From: Raillietiella orientalis | Lineage: Eukaryota | DNA: 64,000 bases | Direction: 5' to 3' | Assembly (NCBI GenBank): GCA_036172245.1 | Contig: JAYWIR010000001.1 | Location: forward strand, 8,060,001-8,124,000 | Part shown: positions 59,700-64,000 of the stretch, piece after piece | Layout of the letters: the number at the start of each line of letters is the position of its first letter | Position numbering within the stretch: the first letter of the stretch is position 1 | Made by a program: the position numbers and the translations under genes | The notes under the pieces: generated by a model | Databases searched by the model: none | Told to the model about the DNA's origin: nothing | The model's input: the letters and a program-made list of their open reading frames with translations, nothing else

Positions 59700-61830
59700 A
59701 TCCGTGTCTTTCTCTCATGCATGAATTCGTGATATATGTATTTATGACCAAATGAGGCTTATTTATACCGATGATGTGATCATATTAGAAAACGATGTAA
59801 AATAACGACTGTCGCGTTATCAGACAGAATTGTCCTTTGTCCTGTCACCCAATACCGAATGAGGAATTGTCGAAGCGGCGTACAGGCAGAAAGAGCATGA
59901 AATAAGAACAAGTTGGTGTACATAGGTGAATAAACACATGTTTCAATATGTGTGTCTCTGAAACAGGATCTAGTTGGCTCCACTTTTATTAAAATCTCGC
60001 CTTCATAATATTCCCAACTCACCTATTATCAACTTTGAGGAACAAGCTATACATAAGGCGATACGGGAAGGCACATGGATTTAAAAGGAAACCGGCTATG
60101 TCTTGAAGAGATCAGTTGCATGCAAAGGACTGCGATGCTCTGGGTTTCACAGATTGGTATGCGCACCATCGTTCAGTAAGGTCGAGATTTTTTTGCTATT
60201 TGTATCTAAGAGGTGTGATGGAGGATCGGTCAAAGAGCCTTAACGAATAATTCCAGCTAGGATCGAATTGCAAAGGCAAAACGCACACTGGTTAACTAGC
60301 AAGTGGGATGTGAGGGACATGACGAAACTCGTGATTCACGTTTTCTGGAACTCTCCGATGTTCAACGGTAAACGCTGTAGGGCAATCTGTGGAGGAATGT
60401 TTGCGATGAAGAATAGGAATGTTGTTTGAAAGAATCGGGATGAATTCGATGTGTTGGCGCTTCCTACATGCTGCAGTGGTGTTCCTGATTGAAAAAGGAA
60501 ATCGTGCAGAGCATGTCAAATGGAAACGCGGAAGCTGTGCGATCGACTGTAGGCTTCTCAGCTTATGGTTTCATAATGAGTTTGAAAAATCTCTGCAGAT
60601 TTGCATAGAAAAGCTAAAAGTTTCTTAAGTATCCGCATGGTGCTGCTACTAATTTTTTGACAAAGGCGTTGTCAGCGTGAAATGGATATTTTCCTACATG
60701 GAGAACGAAATGGAGGTGATGTCCTTTCAAAAGGGTGTCCTTTCGTATCCAAACCTTTGGCAATCCTAGCCAGCACAGTTTCCCGGAAGGCGATGAAGTG
60801 CTAGTGAACAAAGAAATGGTGATGAGTTGTGTTACAATGACATCATCACTCAATTCACGATGCAAACGCAAATGACGGAAGTGTTGCAACGGTTCATTCC
60901 AAAGAAGCTGCTCGTGAAGATGCGGAAAGAGTTGTGTATTAACATGGCTGCGTTACAAGGAGCCACCACGGCTCGGTGTTCACGGCTCATTTCAGCATGA
61001 GTCAAGGATGGAGCTCATGAACGGAAATGATATGAAGCTTCTTGGAAGGGAGCGTGGAGAAAAGAGTGACAACGGAGTGAAAAGTAAGGAAAAGCATGGT
61101 GGCAGCAGGAAGAAAGCAAGGGGTAGAGAAAAGAGAGGGACAGTGTATTAGAGGAGGGAATCCATTTTACTCATGTCAAGGGATTGCATTTTTCTCGGAG
61201 AACTGCACATCCGTGAGCAACGCACTTCTCTCAAATTCTCGAAGGTGAGAGTGGCAGGTGAGTTTTCCCTTTACCTCGAGAAAGTGCTGGAAGTTGGCGC
61301 ACGTTACATACCGCCAAATCTCACCCTCTAGACAACTGGGTACTGCAATATTTTCTTTCTGTGCTCAAAAAGAATGACACCGGTGCCCTATCACAATAGA
61401 AACTCGGTTTCTTCGTCCACAATGTCTCTCTTCATCATGACCTGCCCTGAGGTCCAGATCTCGACTGCCCCTCGTGGGCAAGGTCTCCTGCTTAGACAGA
61501 GTAAAAGAACGATTGTAAGTACGATTGTAAGTTTTCTCCCTTTTAATGAAGCACTCGCATCTACTTGGTGTTTCTCCTCCTTCTTCTCCTCTGAAACCAT
61601 CTTCTGGTAGCCCGCTAACAATTCGCGAAAGAGGGATAGCTCTCACCGCGATTTCTTTGTTCCGAATTTCTCTGATCATTGGGGTTAGTTTAACCTCCAT
61701 TGACACCAATTCGACGAATTACGATTGCATCCAGGATATCTTGGATGCGAAAGGACTTCTGACACCCAGCCCGGTCGCGATACTGAATAGAAAATCCAGA
61801 GCTTCGTTTGGCTTCAGCTGGTGAGCTGCA
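59700..61830 (-). mobile_element. Possible very decayed LTR retrotransposon pol (BEL/Pao-like)
   Basis: THIE...FLFHAL...RTILSDNAT resembles BEL/Pao integrase. FLL(D)..APVS near 61390 resembles a protease motif only if frameshifts are allowed. Confidence 0.3.
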
Positions 61831-64000
61831 ACCTAATTGACTTGAAATTTTCGTGAGAAATTCTGCGCGCGCAATGTCATTTTGAAGAAACCAATACCAG
61901 CACGTTTCTTCCGTTTAAATTGGAAACTCTCCAGAGGGTGAGTTGCATGAGATGACATGGAGAAAATCTTTGTCAGAGCACCCATCATCACTGATGCCAC
62001 AACTGGAAAAATTCTTCAAGAAGCAGGTTTCTGAATGCGATCATCTAAATGGAAAACACGCGTTTCTTTTGTTGGGATCGCACGCTTGCTGAGCACAGGA
62101 AGAGTTCGTCAGCAAAACGGCCGAGCGGCAAAGGGTGCGTTGTTCGCCACTAGTCAAGTTCCAGTGGCCGAAAGATGCATGAGGAGAGACTTGGCGGCAA
62201 GTGCTGTGAGCAACCCAAAGGTTCGAAGCTCGATGTAGTGAATCATTCTCAAATGACCACTACGTGGGAATATCCGATTTAGCACAGGTGATGGAATCAT
62301 CTTACGCGCAGCCTGATCACAGAAAATCCATGTGAGAATGGCACGCAATCCAAGAAGGACAGCAGCGACTTGCCAGCATGCAACTGCATTATCCCGAGCA
62401 AAACTGTTGAAGAGATGCTGCTGAGATCGGCGGCATTGCTCCGCATCCCAGGTGGTAGACCACTGCCCAGCTTACATGACACTCATATTCAAAGACCGAA
62501 TGTACGCGCTCCCTTCTAGACGAATGTGCAGGCTTCTTACCTAACCCGCTTGCTCCTTGAGGAACTCAGTCGGTAATAAGAATGGCACCGACCGCTGACA
62601 GAGGCGACAACGGTGTGCGGGTGATGCAGGCTGCGAATTGATCTACATCACTTGGAGCCCGGACGCCTCAGCTCTCACGTCCTTTCGGAAACCCCTTCTC
62701 CTTTCTCATTTGTTTTACCCACGGGAGAGCCACATTCAGAAAAAGCAACAAGGCGACGAATATTTTTCTGCATTTTTCCAGAGGGAACTATTTCCTTTAG
62801 GAATCCCCGATCCCACCTGTTGGGACGGATTCTTCTCCTGGAATTGGGACCACTCGAAGGACTCCTGGAATGAGACGGAGATGAGTACTAGGAGTGCTCT
62901 GTTTTCACGGTTGCGTACTACCGTGAAGGACGTTGACTCTACAGAAACACTGAGTGCAGAAGGAAGCACGAGGACAAAGCTGCTAGAGAGCGCGCAGGAA
63001 GGCAGCAACTGTTCCTCTACAAATCTCGTCTGAGGAAGCAAGAGGAAGCCGCGACTGTCCTGTCGCCCTTGGCGACACTTGGGGGACCCGTTTCCTGAAC
63101 CTCTTTCCGCTCAAACAACCGGAATAACCTCGAGCATGATGCGATGAAGTCCTGGTTAGGAGCCCTAAAAGTGCGACCAGAGTGCCTCTGTCGGCGGCCT
63201 TTTCTCCTCTTTTATCATCTGGAAGAAGTGGCGCGCATGACCCATCCATGTGGCGCAACCTGGCCGCCACACCGTTTGTTACAGCTGAGGCTGCTACCGT
63301 TGACGACACTTGCCTACAGAAACAGTTGCCGATCGGTTGGTTCGCATTTACCCACATCATATTTACGCACATTGTCCTAACCCTGTGCAGCCTGCAAACG
63401 ACATCTGCTTTTCAATGACCCCTGGGCGCAGAGAAATTCGTTCCAATTTTTGAAAGTCTACGAACAGGCGTCCTGAGGTTCGAGTGATCCTGTTGTCTGA
63501 GGTTGTAGATATACCACTGGAAAACATCCTCTCCGGTTTGGAAGAGCTCTGTCCACATTTTCGTCAGCCACTTGGAGTCGGTGCTCGGGAGGGATTGGCT
63601 TTGCGGGTGGGATTGGCTTACCACATTCGGTTGGTCGATTATCGCTTCATCCACCCCGCAAGGCTAAAGTCCTACTAATAAGAGGGGCAGCAAGAAGATT
63701 ACCAGCCGACTGCATACGCCGAAGATGCAACTATCAGATGGGACATTACTGCACACACTGAATCACTGCGTAATGCTCTTCCCGATGTACATCTCTCGAC
63801 ACCATACACTCATGCTCAAGCTGCAAGATGTTGCCACGAAGGTAGGAGGATGAAAGCTATTATTAGTGGTCCAGAAGGTACCTGGAGTCGACTGCCTGTT
63901 GAGGACGGATCACATACTAGAAAAACATGGAAAGTGGATCATTGCCGACGTTAATTGCCCATTGCTGCATGGTAATTGACGTCTCGAAAAGTGCTCTCTT

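Noticed and set aside
62030-62650. R2-like LINE relic (DRMYALPSRR)
   Set aside because: A single weak motif with no recognisable nuclease or RT blocks.

Overview
Eukaryotic, repeat-dense genomic window with short GT-AG introns; the host cannot be identified from the sequence alone. (1) 1-16.4 kb is an uninterrupted array of one L1/Tx1-like non-LTR retrotransposon family: zinc-knuckle ORF1 plus an ORF2 with APE endonuclease, RT and a CCHC finger. It contains a near-intact copy with a precise 5' inversion splitting RT just before the KAFD motif, further inverted or chimeric copies, and a conserved AATAAA + CCCGG-N5-CCGGG 3' hairpin in place of a poly(A) tail. All three visible 3' hairpins are directly followed by another family member. 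(2) 16.4-26 kb is a cluster of endogenous viral elements: four divergent CRESS-DNA virus Rep pseudogenes, a circovirus-like capsid candidate, a probable qinvirus-like (-)ssRNA nucleoprotein, two unassigned decayed ORFs and three CTAG-containing palindromes. (3) 26-64 kb is older decayed DNA. It holds a tRNA-headed SINE-like family, an intron-containing pepsin-family protease gene with non-canonical catalytic motifs, an AT-rich foldback element, L1 relics (one carrying a CLN3/battenin fragment), an RLE-type LINE relic and a possible BEL/Pao relic. Boundaries of decayed features are approximate. Family assignments come from motif recognition, not database searches.
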